Below, in pieces: positions 6,798 to 15,515 of a DNA stretch of 32,000 nucleotides. The position numbers were made by a program, and so were the translations under genes. The notes beneath the pieces were generated by a model that ran no database searches, was not told the DNA's origin, and worked only from the letters and a program-made list of their open reading frames with translations. Where the stretch lies: contig NC_013849.1 of the NCBI RefSeq assembly GCF_000025505.1, positions 2,070,001 through 2,102,000 of the forward strand. The letters are read 5' to 3'. Source of the stretch: Ferroglobus placidus DSM 10642 (GTDB lineage: Archaea > Halobacteriota > Archaeoglobi > Archaeoglobales > Archaeoglobaceae). The stretch's first letter is position 1, and each line of letters begins with the position of its first letter.

Positions 6798-7865
6798 TTA
6801 GAGCAGATAGGTATTTACCAATCTTTCCACGACTTCATCCCAATCCAGCAATTTTACATCTCCAACATTAACATTCGAAACTCTCTCTATCAGTCTGGCA
6901 AGCTCCGAAACGTTTATTGGGTAATCAATACCGAAAACGTTCTTGTTGTCTATCCATTCACTCAAAGCGGATGTGTTAGCAACAATACAAGGTGTTTTTG
7001 CCGCTAAAGCCTCAGCGACAACGATTCCGTAAGCTTCGTGCTTGGATAAAAGGATGAGGGTGTCAGCCTTTACATACCTCTCGATAAGTTCTTTTCTGCT
7101 TAAGTCCTGATAAAACCTAATCCTGTCGATAACATCTAACTTCTTGGCGAGTTTAACTATCTTCTGCTTGTAACTACCTTTACCGACAATCTCAAGTGTG
7201 AAGTTATCGGGCAAGTATTTCAGCGATTTTACGACGTAATCCAGCCCCTTGTACTTCTCGATTCTCCCGACGTAGAGGATAGTTTTCTTTTCCGTTTCTT
7301 TATCTTTCTTCATCTCACCAACGTCTTTAAACTCATCCAAATTTATTCCGTTCGGGATAACATACATTCTATCGGCAACCTTAAAATTCCTTAAAACCAA
7401 ATTTTTTTCGTAGTTGGAAACGCAAATTATAGCGTCAGCTTTCTCAAAAATTTTCCTGCCTACGAGCTTATACGGTTTGTGCAACAGATTTCTGAAAAAG
7501 CTGTGTCCAGCAGCATGGTAATGCGGAGTGAAGAGAAACTTGTTTTTCTTCTTCGTCAAAGCTGCGAACAAAGCGGGAAATGCGTGGTAGTTGTGAGCGT
7601 GAACCAAATCGTATCTCTCACTATTTTTCTTTAAATATCTGTAAAGCTCAAGTGAGAAATAATAAGCCTCCGAAGGTGCAAAAGATCCAAATCGCCTTAC
7701 GGTAATTCCATCGATCTCTTCAACTTTCGGCAGCTTTCCGCCCGGATCTGTGGTTAGAACCTCAACATCGAACTTCTTCGCTATCCTCTTGGCTATTTCG
7801 TAAACGTGGGTTTCAACTCCTCCGATGTAAGGATGAAAGCGGGGTGTGACGTAGGCAATTTTCAC
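6798..7865 (-). CDS. Glycosyltransferase family 4 (GT-B fold)
   Basis: 355 aa. MKIAYVTPRFHPYIGGVETHV is a GT4 N-terminus, and the C-terminal E-x7-E region is KHEAYGIVVAEALAAKTP. GTG start. Confidence 0.85.
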   Translation of the reverse strand: MKIAYVTPRFHPYIGGVETHVYEIAKRIAKKFDVEVLTTDPGGKLPKVEEIDGITVRRFGSFAPSEAYYFSLELYRYLKKNSERYDLVHAHNYHAFPALFAALTKKKNKFLFTPHYHAAGHSFFRNLLHKPYKLVGRKIFEKADAIICVSNYEKNLVLRNFKVADRMYVIPNGINLDEFKDVGEMKKDKETEKKTILYVGRIEKYKGLDYVVKSLKYLPDNFTLEIVGKGSYKQKIVKLAKKLDVIDRIRFYQDLSRKELIERYVKADTLILLSKHEAYGIVVAEALAAKTPCIVANTSALSEWIDNKNVFGIDYPINVSELARLIERVSNVNVGDVKLLDWDEVVERLVNTYLL

Positions 7866-7920
7866 GTTCTTAACTTCGCCAACGAACGTATAAGCGTTTT
7901 TGCGTGCACCGATATAGAAG

Positions 7921-9574
7921 ATGTTTTCATATCGAAAACTTTATCATAGAAAGTTCTCAACAATCAGCGTGAATCTGAAAAAGTTTGACGTAGACGAGCT
8001 TTTCGTAACGCTCTTAATCGTGGTTCTCGTCGTAACAGCTTCAAACGTCTACTTCGTCCTCTCGAACGACATTCCTCGTCTTGGGATCCGGCGCTCCACA
8101 TGTACTACTCGCTGATATACTTTTACCTGATAAAATCGTTCGATTTTGGAAGCGTCGCAAAGGTCAGCAACTACTACCCGCCGTTCTTCCACCTTTCGTC
8201 CACTCCTCTCTACTTCGTTTTCGGCTTCTCCGAGAAGGTCGCAATTCTCACGAACGTGGTTTACTACTTCGTCCTCGTTTACTCGGTTTTTAGGATCGGA
8301 GAAATTCTAAAGGGATAGAAGAGCTGGCTTGATCTCATCCATCGTCGTCTCCGTCTTTCCGGTCCTTATAAAGTTTCAGCGGGTTTACATGCTCGACTTC
8401 GCCTTAATGTCGCTCGTCGCGCTGACAGTATATCTTTACCTCAAATCGAAAGATTTCAGAGATCTAAAATATTCATTGCTCTTCGGGGATTTCGTTTGGT
8501 CTCAGCGAGCTCACGAAGTGGAACGCCTTCATATACGTTCTTCCTACGATTTTTGCGATCTTTCTGATCAACTACTTCACTAGGTGTCCCTATTGCTATG
8601 AGGTTGTTCGAGAGGGTCTAAAGCACAGGTACAGGAAATTCCGCTCGAAGAAACATCTGCAGCTCTATGAAAATAGAAAGAATAAAAATAGTCAATATTT
8701 AAACGGTACATTCTCCATAATTCTGGCGTTCTTCGTAGCTGCGTGGTGGTATCTGCCGAACCTTAGAGTTACTCTTGCGAGACTTACGTACTTCGCAAAC
8801 ATCGGCGGAAGGGAAGGGGATCCGACTTTTCTGACTCTTCGGGGCTGGATTTATTACGCGAACGCTCTGCTCGATCACTTGGGGCTATTCTTCGCTCTGC
8901 TGTTTTTGATCTCTCTTTACTACCTCTACAAGCGAGATCGCAGAATTGCCGTGACAATTTTGGTAGCTTTTGCTGTTCCCTACGTGATCTTAACGATACT
9001 CTCGAACAAGAACCCGAGATATATAATGCCCGTGCTCCCGATCATTGCAGTTTCGATCGGAGCCTTCGTCGGGGATATTTTCGAGAAGAAATTCGGAAAG
9101 GCGTTGGTCGTTCTGATACTCGCGATCGGAATCTTAAACATCTCTGCCGTCACGTTCGGTCAGCCAGGTGTGGATAACAAAATACTGCCGAAGCCCGATC
9201 GTCCGAGGAAAGAGGACTGGAGGATAAACGATCTGCTCGAAGCTATCGAAGAGAGCGGCGGAGAAGGAAAAGTCGTCGTGGTTTTGCCGGACCACCCTTA
9301 CTTAAACGGACAGTCTCTCGAGTTCTACAGGCTGAAAGGCGGATACAAATTCGCTATCTTCAACGGCGTTTACATCGGCTACGAAACGTTCGTTCGCAAC
9401 TTCGACAAAATAGGTTACGTCGTGGTAATAGAACCGAGGGACCACAAGGGCGTGTACGGTGACGTGGAAAAGAAGCTCTACGAATTCTTCTACGAGCACA
9501 GAGACGAGTTCGAAAAAGTGGCGACGTTCAAACTCCCCGACAGCAGCAACATGATTCTCTACAAGAGAGCATGA
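7921..9574 (+). pseudogene. GT-C fold membrane glycosyltransferase (ArnT/PMT_2/GT39-like) broken by about three frameshifts
   Basis: Four consecutive ORFs in frames 1,0,1,2 read through as one polytopic protein. The pieces are ...VLSNDIP | SWDPALHMYYSLIYFYL...RIGEILKG | RRAGLISSIVVSVFP...KYSLLFG | ISFGLSELTKWNAFIYVLPTIF...KNPRYIMPVLP..., followed by a soluble C-terminal domain. The shifts lie near 8075-8082, 8311-8317 (aaaggga) and 8470-8490 (gggg). Confidence 0.65.
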
Positions 9575-9836
9575 TAGATGTCACGAGGGTGCTCAAGTTT
9601 GCGATCGTCGGAGGATTTGGTGCTCTCGTGAACACGTCTCTCCTCTACGCGCTAACAGAATACTTGGGGCTTGAAGAGTAACCTGTGGAGAGTTTTCGGA
9701 ATTGCGCTGAACGTCCTTGTCCTCTACGTTCTGACAGAGTTACTTAAACGTCTACTACCTCCTGTCGAACTTCGCAGGAATTCTTTGCGCTTTCGCTCTC
9801 AACTACACTCTCGAAAGCAAGTTTACGTGGAGGTAG
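9571..9836 (+). pseudogene. GtrA-like membrane protein, frameshifted and shortened
   Basis: MIDVTRVLKFAIVGGFGALVNTSLLYALTEYLGLEE* (stop 9679-9681) is a GtrA N-terminus. The second half appears in two other frames (SNLWRVFGIALNVLVLYVLTELL, then NVYYLLSNFAGILCAFALNYTLESKFTWR*). The pieces total about 92 aa, shorter than typical GtrA proteins. The ATG overlaps the upstream stop (ATGA). Confidence 0.55.
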
Positions 9837-10699
9837 CCGCGAACTCTCCCCAGCGCGACGAACGTGACGGCGATCAGAATTCCCAAGCTTTCAGTAAGCT
9901 CACCTCTCGCAATTCTCTGCAGCGCAGACTTCAAAACGAAGTTGAGGTAGCGCTTCTCCGTGGAGAGCTCGTGTTCTCTACTTAAAATCGCCTTCGAGAA
10001 ACCTTCGTAGTAGGCTCTCCTCAAAGCGTAGCTAAGCTTCGCTCTGCTTTCTGGAACTCTGTGGTAAACTACAGCTGAGGGATCGTAGATTATCTTGGCT
10101 TCCGGCTTCAACTTTTTCAGCCTTAAACAGAGTTCAGTCTCTTCGCTTCCGAGCAGTTTTTTACCGTACCTCCCGACTTCCGCTTTAAATTTTCCAGCGA
10201 CCTCAAAAACTACCCTTCTAAAAGCCATATTCGCGCCGATTGGATTCCTTACTTCAGCTCTGCTTTCCGGCATCCCCTTGTACGTGCAGCCGACGATCCA
10301 GTCGAGCTCTTCGGCAAGCCATCTTGGTCTTTTTTTATCAAATACAGGAACGATTTTTCCTCCCGCTATCCAAACCTTTTCGTCTTCGAAATTCCTCAGC
10401 AAGTTCTCCAGCCACCTCTTATCAGCCCAGGCGTCGTCGTCTACGAAAGCAATTATATCGCCTTTTGAGACCTCGATCCCCTTGTTTCTCGCATTCGAAA
10501 GACCGAAACCGTTGGACTTTACTATCCTTATTCCTTCTCCAATCCGACTTTCGTAGAAACTCACGAGTTCGTCAACGGGATCGAGAACGAGAATTATCTC
10601 ATCTGGCTCCCTCGTCTGACTCTTTAGCGACTCGACGCACCGCTTGACGTCTTCGAGTCTCTCCTTAGTGTACGTCGAAATCACGACCGAAACTCGCAC
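9803..10699 (-). CDS. Glycosyltransferase family 2 (GT-A fold)
   Basis: 298 aa. VSVVISTYTKERLEDVKRCVESLKSQT and the DxD region IIAFVDDDAWAD are present. GTG start. Confidence 0.85.
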   Translation of the reverse strand: MRVSVVISTYTKERLEDVKRCVESLKSQTREPDEIILVLDPVDELVSFYESRIGEGIRIVKSNGFGLSNARNKGIEVSKGDIIAFVDDDAWADKRWLENLLRNFEDEKVWIAGGKIVPVFDKKRPRWLAEELDWIVGCTYKGMPESRAEVRNPIGANMAFRRVVFEVAGKFKAEVGRYGKKLLGSEETELCLRLKKLKPEAKIIYDPSAVVYHRVPESRAKLSYALRRAYYEGFSKAILSREHELSTEKRYLNFVLKSALQRIARGELTESLGILIAVTFVALGRVRGYLHVNLLSRV

Positions 10700-10977
10700 A
10701 GCTTAAAAATGGATTTACGAATTTAAATTTGTATCTAACCGACTTCTCTATACTTCTTACCTCTTCAAGGTTCGTCTCAAGATCTTTGAAATATTTCTTT
10801 CTACTCTTGTAAATACCTCTCAGGAAGTTTATTGCAGTTCTTTCAGCTGAGATTCCTCGAGACGACTTAATTATCTTCCACGAACCTCTCCAATTCATTG
10901 CTTTTAACAACCGAGGCGAGTTCCCTCAGCAACCTCCTGAGGCTGTGTTCTTTTCAAAAGAGTTTCGGCATCTCTTT

Positions 10978-11205
10978 TTATCGTAGGCGATTAGGCTCAA
11001 AATGATAAAAAGTCGTCTGTGTGTTAGATTGAACGTTTCTGGAGGTGCAAGCTTCAATAGGCAATCTAGGATTTTTCTTCCTTCCGTACATTAGTAGAAA
11101 CCTTATCGCCTCGTTAAAATTCACTCTCCTGCCGAGCTTCATCTGCAATTCGGAAGTGAACTTTAGTAATTCTTTAATGCCTTTTATTAAGAAGTTAAGC
11201 AACAA
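10978..11205 (-). pseudogene. Possible remnant of a small DUF217/UPF0330-type (VapB-like) antitoxin
   Basis: LGRRVNFNEAIRFLLMYGRKKN resembles the (K/R)SFSEVIR-LL...GN core of that family as I recall it. After an a-run the expected continuation (KILD...) is in a different frame. The call is weak and based on memory. Confidence 0.2.
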
Positions 11206-11230
11206 GCTGAAGGCAAAAAACTTTGAAAAA

Positions 11231-11239
11231 TTTTTATAA
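11231..11239 (+). promoter_or_regulatory. TATA-box-like element for the HEPN/MNT pair A
   Basis: tttttataa is centred about 28 nt upstream of the ATG at 11263, the spacing expected for a leaderless archaeal transcript. Confidence 0.4.
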
Positions 11240-11262
11240 CCTCCAAGAAGAAAAATAACCTA

Positions 11263-11646
11263 ATGAAAGAAGAAGTAAAAGTGTACCTCGAAAGGTCTAA
11301 GAAGTTCGAGAGAGACGCTAAATTCGACTTCGACAACGGAGATTACGACTTGGCTATGTTCCACATAGAACAGGCGATGCAGCTTTTAATAAAAGCGAAG
11401 TTGCTCGACTTGAAAGGTTACTTTGAAAGAACACACAGCTTGAGGAAGCTCTTAAGCGAGCTTAAAGACGTAGAAGGTGTTGAAGATTTTTTGAAAAAAT
11501 ATAAAATCGTTTTGAGAAATCTCGAAAGAGCATACGTAACATCGAGATATTACTTCGAAGAATTTTTCAGAGAAGAGGTGGAGGAGGCTTTCAAAGCTTT
11601 AGAGGAGCTGAGGAGGATACTATGGAAAGAGCAGAATACTTCCTGA
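11263..11646 (+). CDS. HEPN-domain protein (pair A)
   Basis: 127-aa all-helical ORF with ERTHSLRKLL and YVTSRYY motifs typical of archaeal COG2250-type HEPN. It is coupled to a downstream MNT gene. Confidence 0.75.
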   Translation: MKEEVKVYLERSKKFERDAKFDFDNGDYDLAMFHIEQAMQLLIKAKLLDLKGYFERTHSLRKLLSELKDVEGVEDFLKKYKIVLRNLERAYVTSRYYFEEFFREEVEEAFKALEELRRILWKEQNTS

Positions 11647-11933
11647 ACTTCAAAAAATACGCTGAAGAAATAAAGAGAATCTTGAAAGAGCATCTTTCGG
11701 AGTTTGAGGTTTACGTTTTCGGCTCGGTCGTGAGGGGAGATTATTCGATAGGATTGAGCGATATAGATATTGCTGTCGTGTCTGACGAGCTGAAAGATAG
11801 GGAAAAGAAACTGGAGATATACGATTTACTCTTAGAAAAATTCTTCGAAACCCCTTTCGAGTTCCATCTTTTAACGAAGGAGAAGTGGAAGTTCTATCTA
11901 AGGTTTATTAAAAACGACTACGTAAAAATTTAG
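11622..11933 (+). CDS. Minimal nucleotidyltransferase, MNT (pair A)
   Basis: VFGSVVRGDYSIGLSDIDIAVV is the G-S-x(n)-D-x-D pol-beta-type NTase signature. It overlaps the HEPN gene by 25 nt. Confidence 0.85.
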   Translation: MERAEYFLNFKKYAEEIKRILKEHLSEFEVYVFGSVVRGDYSIGLSDIDIAVVSDELKDREKKLEIYDLLLEKFFETPFEFHLLTKEKWKFYLRFIKNDYVKI

Positions 11934-12673
11934 CGGAGTAAAATAATTCCCATGAAGAGTATGACGAAGGATAGAATCAGCCTCAAAGCTCTATCGTCAA
12001 CTTTCGAGTTTGCGTAAACTCCTAAAATTACCCCGGGAGCTGAGGAAGTTATTAAGATCGACGCAAGCTGAAAATCCACGTTACCGATTTTAGCGTGGAT
12101 AATAGAAGCTAACAAAGTTAGAACGAAGCCGAAGAGAAGCTCCGTTCCGACAACAACTTTCGAAATCATCCCGGTAAAAATCAGAAGAAAGAGAGTTACG
12201 AGAACTCCGCTGCCAACGGAGGTTAGCTGAACCAAAAATCCAACGACGAAGCCGATGAGAATTAAGAGGGAATTTTTCGGGATTTCGTCGCTCTTCTTTC
12301 CGAAGAAGGTTTTGTAAATCGTTGCGGTTGAGGAAATTATCAATACTAAAGCCAGAACCCTCGTCAAAAGAATATCTAAGTAATTTACTCCATAATTCTC
12401 AACAACAAACAGCATTAAGAAAGTTGACAAAGCCAAACCCGGAATAGCTCCCGAAAGCAGAAAAACGGAAGCTTTAACGTTGACGTTTCCCCTTTTGAAA
12501 TGGAATACGGTTGCAAAAAACCTCGTTATTGAGTTGTATAGCAAATCCGTTCCCACAGCAACAACCGGAGGAATGCCTAAGAAAATCAAAGCGGGGGTCA
12601 TCAAAGCCCCTCCGCCCATTCCGGTTAATCCCACTAAAAATCCGACGAAAAATCCGAGGACGTAGAGTTCCAA
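11930..12673 (-). CDS. TSUP/TauE-SafE family anion permease
   Basis: 247-aa polytopic protein with GFLVGLTGMGGGALMTPALIFLG, the hallmark of the DUF81/TSUP family. TTG start. It is the last gene of the sat operon. Confidence 0.8.
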   Translation of the reverse strand: MELYVLGFFVGFLVGLTGMGGGALMTPALIFLGIPPVVAVGTDLLYNSITRFFATVFHFKRGNVNVKASVFLLSGAIPGLALSTFLMLFVVENYGVNYLDILLTRVLALVLIISSTATIYKTFFGKKSDEIPKNSLLILIGFVVGFLVQLTSVGSGVLVTLFLLIFTGMISKVVVGTELLFGFVLTLLASIIHAKIGNVDFQLASILITSSAPGVILGVYANSKVDDRALRLILSFVILFMGIILLR

Positions 12674-12676
12674 ACT

Positions 12677-13201
12677 TCAAACCTCCAGGTATCCCAACTC
12701 CTTTGCTTTTTCGATGATAGCCTCAACCTCCTCTTCGACGCTCATTTTGTGGGTTTCGAGAATTAGTTCAGGATCGTCTGGCTCTTCGTAAACACCGTCG
12801 TAGCCAGTTAAGTTTTTAATCTCACCTCGCATAGCTTTAGCGTACAGTCCTTTTGGATCCCTCTTCATCCTTACTTCGAGGGGGCACTTGAGGTAAACTT
12901 CTATGAATTTTCCAATTTCCTCCCTCGCCTTTTCCCTCACTGACTTGTAAGGAGAGATTAAAGAAACGACTGTAACAACTCCGTTCCTTGACAAAAGCTT
13001 AGCCATGTGGATCACTACGCGATTATGCATTTCCCTCGCTTCCTTGCTGAAGCCTATGTCCGGGTAAAGCTTTCTTCTAATTTCATCTCCATCCAAGACC
13101 TCTACCTTCAGCCCCATCTCTTTAAGCCTTTTTTCCAATGCCCTCGCAAGGGTCGTTTTTCCTGCCCCGCTCGGACCGGTAAGCCATACAACGAAGCTCA
13201 T
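12677..13201 (-). CDS. cysC: Adenylylsulfate (APS) kinase
   Basis: 174 aa. FVVWLTGPSGAGKTTLARALEKRL...VLDGDEIR shows the P-loop and the LDGD motif of CysC. Confidence 0.9.
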   Translation of the reverse strand: MSFVVWLTGPSGAGKTTLARALEKRLKEMGLKVEVLDGDEIRRKLYPDIGFSKEAREMHNRVVIHMAKLLSRNGVVTVVSLISPYKSVREKAREEIGKFIEVYLKCPLEVRMKRDPKGLYAKAMRGEIKNLTGYDGVYEEPDDPELILETHKMSVEEEVEAIIEKAKELGYLEV

Positions 13202-14571
13202 ATCAATGCATTCCCCCTGAACTCAGCTTCTATGCCGAAAAGCTTTAGAATGGTAGGAGCGAAGTCGTATATCGAGCAGCTAATCCGCTTACTCTCTATT
13301 TCCGGATGGCTTAGTAGGAAAACTCCGTATTCTGAATGGACGGCATCGTCTGGCCCGGTATCGTTCTCAGCGAGATAGTTCGACTCCCAGCCGAGAGTTC
13401 CGGCAGCCCTCCAGTAGAGATCGTCGAAGTAAACCATTAAGTCCGGCTTGTCTCCCAAAGCGATCGGATATATTTCTTCTGGATAGAAAACCTTCGTATC
13501 CCACTTCTCCCCGTTAGGTCCTCTTATCGACTTTACGTGATCCGCTATTTCTTCCCTAACTTTCTCGTATTCGGATTTCTTTATTATCCCGTTCTTTTCT
13601 CTCCCTTCAACATTGAGGAAAATTCTCGAGTAGTATCCGCCCCAAGCCCACGCAACGGTTTTATTCCAATCGACGTCCAGCTCCTCGAATTTTACTCCGG
13701 CTCTTTTTTCGAGAATTTCAGGATTTCTGATTTTTAAATAGCCCTCCTCGATTAACCACTGATTAACTGCAAAAGCACCCTTCATTCTCTTTACCCCGTG
13801 ATCTGAAACTACAACTACGTAAGTGTCTTCCTCTACAAGCTCGAGGGTCTTTTTTATTTCCCTATCGAGGAGCTTGTAGTAGTCTTTTATAACGTTCTTG
13901 AACTTGCTGTTCTCTTCGTATAGGTGATGCTCTTTGTCGAAATACTTCCAGAAAGCGTGATGAATTCTGTCCAAACCAATTTCAACGAGCCAGAACAAGT
14001 CCCAGTCTTTTTCCTGAATTAGATGCCTTGCAACTTCAAACCTTTTCTCGGTCATTTCCCAGATTTTTTCCTTCACTTCCATCCTCTCGTCTTTTCTGAA
14101 AACGACGTCAAAGATGTACTCTCCAACAATCTTTTCCACCTCTTTCTTAAGCTCTTCGGGATAAGTGTAATTGGAGTTTGCGTCGGGAGTTATAAAGCAG
14201 CTTATTAGCCAACCGTTCACTCTCTTAGGCGGATAGCTTGGCGGAACTCCGATTAAAACGCTTTTCTTACCTTCCATTCCGAGGAAATCCCATATGGCAG
14301 GCTCAACTACCTTTCTGCTGTTCGCTATCCACATTTCATCGTAACTTCCAGCCTTTCTGTGCCTAAATCCGTATAATCCAAGCTCTCCCGGAGTTTTTCC
14401 CGTAAACATCACCGCCCAGGCTGGGATTGTTATTGCCGGAATGCAACTCCTCATCTCCCCGTAAATGGAGTTCTTTAAGAGCTTCTTTATCGCGGGCAGC
14501 TCATCTATGAACTTGCTGAATAAAAGTTCCGGAGGGGCTGAATCCAAACCGAAAATTAAAACCCTTACCAT
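13198..14571 (-). CDS. Alkaline-phosphatase-superfamily enzyme of the nucleotide pyrophosphatase/phosphodiesterase type; function unknown
   Basis: 457 aa. Motifs are LIFGLDSAPP (metal Asp), IPAITIPAWAVMFTGKTPG (T-x-P nucleophile context), GLDRIHHAFW, VVVSDHG and DDAVHSEYG. This is the AlkP/NPP metal-site pattern. Confidence 0.75.
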   Translation of the reverse strand: MVRVLIFGLDSAPPELLFSKFIDELPAIKKLLKNSIYGEMRSCIPAITIPAWAVMFTGKTPGELGLYGFRHRKAGSYDEMWIANSRKVVEPAIWDFLGMEGKKSVLIGVPPSYPPKRVNGWLISCFITPDANSNYTYPEELKKEVEKIVGEYIFDVVFRKDERMEVKEKIWEMTEKRFEVARHLIQEKDWDLFWLVEIGLDRIHHAFWKYFDKEHHLYEENSKFKNVIKDYYKLLDREIKKTLELVEEDTYVVVVSDHGVKRMKGAFAVNQWLIEEGYLKIRNPEILEKRAGVKFEELDVDWNKTVAWAWGGYYSRIFLNVEGREKNGIIKKSEYEKVREEIADHVKSIRGPNGEKWDTKVFYPEEIYPIALGDKPDLMVYFDDLYWRAAGTLGWESNYLAENDTGPDDAVHSEYGVFLLSHPEIESKRISCSIYDFAPTILKLFGIEAEFRGNALI

Positions 14572-15515
14572 ATGCTTTCACCGAAATGTTTCTCAATAAT
14601 TTTCACAACTTCACCAAGCTTTTCTCTCTCGCAAATTACTCCGAGAACGTCTTTTTTTCCTCCAGCGTTCAAATTTTTGCTTTTCAACTTTTTGATCAGC
14701 TCTTCAATCTTGTAATGCTCAGCTCTATCCTCTTTAACTCTCACGTAGAATTGAGAAAAGCCATAGTAGTTCTCGTTAACAACTACTGCAACTTCGCTAT
14801 TTAAGTCCCAAACGAGTTTTCTCGCGATGATAGATGCAATGTTGCAATCCGAAGAGAACTTTGCCAGACTAAACTTACCGTTTTCGCGAACTCTCTTCAA
14901 AACCCTGATTATCTCTCTTTCGATTTTTTCAACATTTCTGTTCCACGCCTCATCCTCAAGCAAATGCTTCGGATCGTTTTTTGCAACTTTCTCTACCGCT
15001 TCCTCAACTCCTCTTCTATCGAAAAGCAGAGACGGGGAGTTTATCAATTCCGCTAAGCGTGAAGCCTCCTCTTCGCTCAACTCATACTTTTTCAAAATTC
15101 TTAAAACCCATCCGAGTTTGAAAGCTCGTCTTCCGAGATCTCCCACAGCTCCCAAAGCAGATTTCCAGTTCCAGTGAGAAAAAAAGGATGAGACAACATA
15201 GCTTGCTGAAGGGGCTTGCTTTCCTTCAAAAATTGGATTTACGTGAACTACATTCTTCTTTTCGATTTTACTTTGAATGTGGTGATCCAAAAAGACTACA
15301 GGCTTTTCTATCCTTTCAACCTCGCTGGGAAGGTTTACGTCAACCACGTAGACTCTCTCCGCCTCTTTTACGGCATTCCAGATTCTTTCATCGAATTTGA
15401 AAATGCCCGGAGGCAATGTGATATTTTCAGAGTTATCTACAGCTTCCAAGATTAGAGATGCTGAACAGATTCCGTCTGTGTCCCAGTGGTGAATTATCAG
15501 ATTCATACTAATCAA
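14565..15515 (-). CDS. DHH/DHHA1-family phosphoesterase, candidate 3'-phosphoadenosine 5'-phosphate (pAp) phosphatase
   Basis: 316 aa. IIHHWDTDGICSA (DHH motifs I/II), VVFLDHHI (motif III) and a C-terminal AGGKKD in place of the DHHA1 GGGH. The function is inferred from its position between sat and cysC and from NrnA-type pAp phosphatase precedent. Confidence 0.7.
   Translation of the reverse strand: MISMNLIIHHWDTDGICSASLILEAVDNSENITLPPGIFKFDERIWNAVKEAERVYVVDVNLPSEVERIEKPVVFLDHHIQSKIEKKNVVHVNPIFEGKQAPSASYVVSSFFSHWNWKSALGAVGDLGRRAFKLGWVLRILKKYELSEEEASRLAELINSPSLLFDRRGVEEAVEKVAKNDPKHLLEDEAWNRNVEKIEREIIRVLKRVRENGKFSLAKFSSDCNIASIIARKLVWDLNSEVAVVVNENYYGFSQFYVRVKEDRAEHYKIEELIKKLKSKNLNAGGKKDVLGVICEREKLGEVVKIIEKHFGESIW

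Noticed and set aside
8582-8700. The CPYC motif and a basic stretch (RCPYCYEVVREGLKHRYRKFRSKKH) inside the GT-C pseudogene were considered as a possible inserted zinc-ribbon.
   Set aside because: Only one Cys pair is present and no second CxxC lies nearby. A cytoplasmic basic loop between transmembrane segments is a more economical reading.
10095-10647. Long plus-strand ORFs (153 and 135 aa) lie opposite the GT2 gene. Similar antisense ORFs occur opposite the DHH gene (14827-15177), aglB (18042-18497), purB (22561-22935), the aminotransferase/ribH genes (27940-28641) and the thiolase gene (30379-30753).
   Set aside because: They are low-complexity, Ser/Leu/Arg-rich shadow ORFs on the strand opposite well-supported genes. 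They have no motifs and no plausible promoters.
12474-12717. Three short ORFs (12474-12680 minus, 12480-12665 plus, 12511-12717 plus) cluster at the 5' end of the TSUP gene.
   Set aside because: They are alternative-frame artefacts of the Gly/Pro-rich TSUP N-terminal region. The TSUP frame carries the family signature, and the others are Arg/Pro-rich low-complexity sequence.
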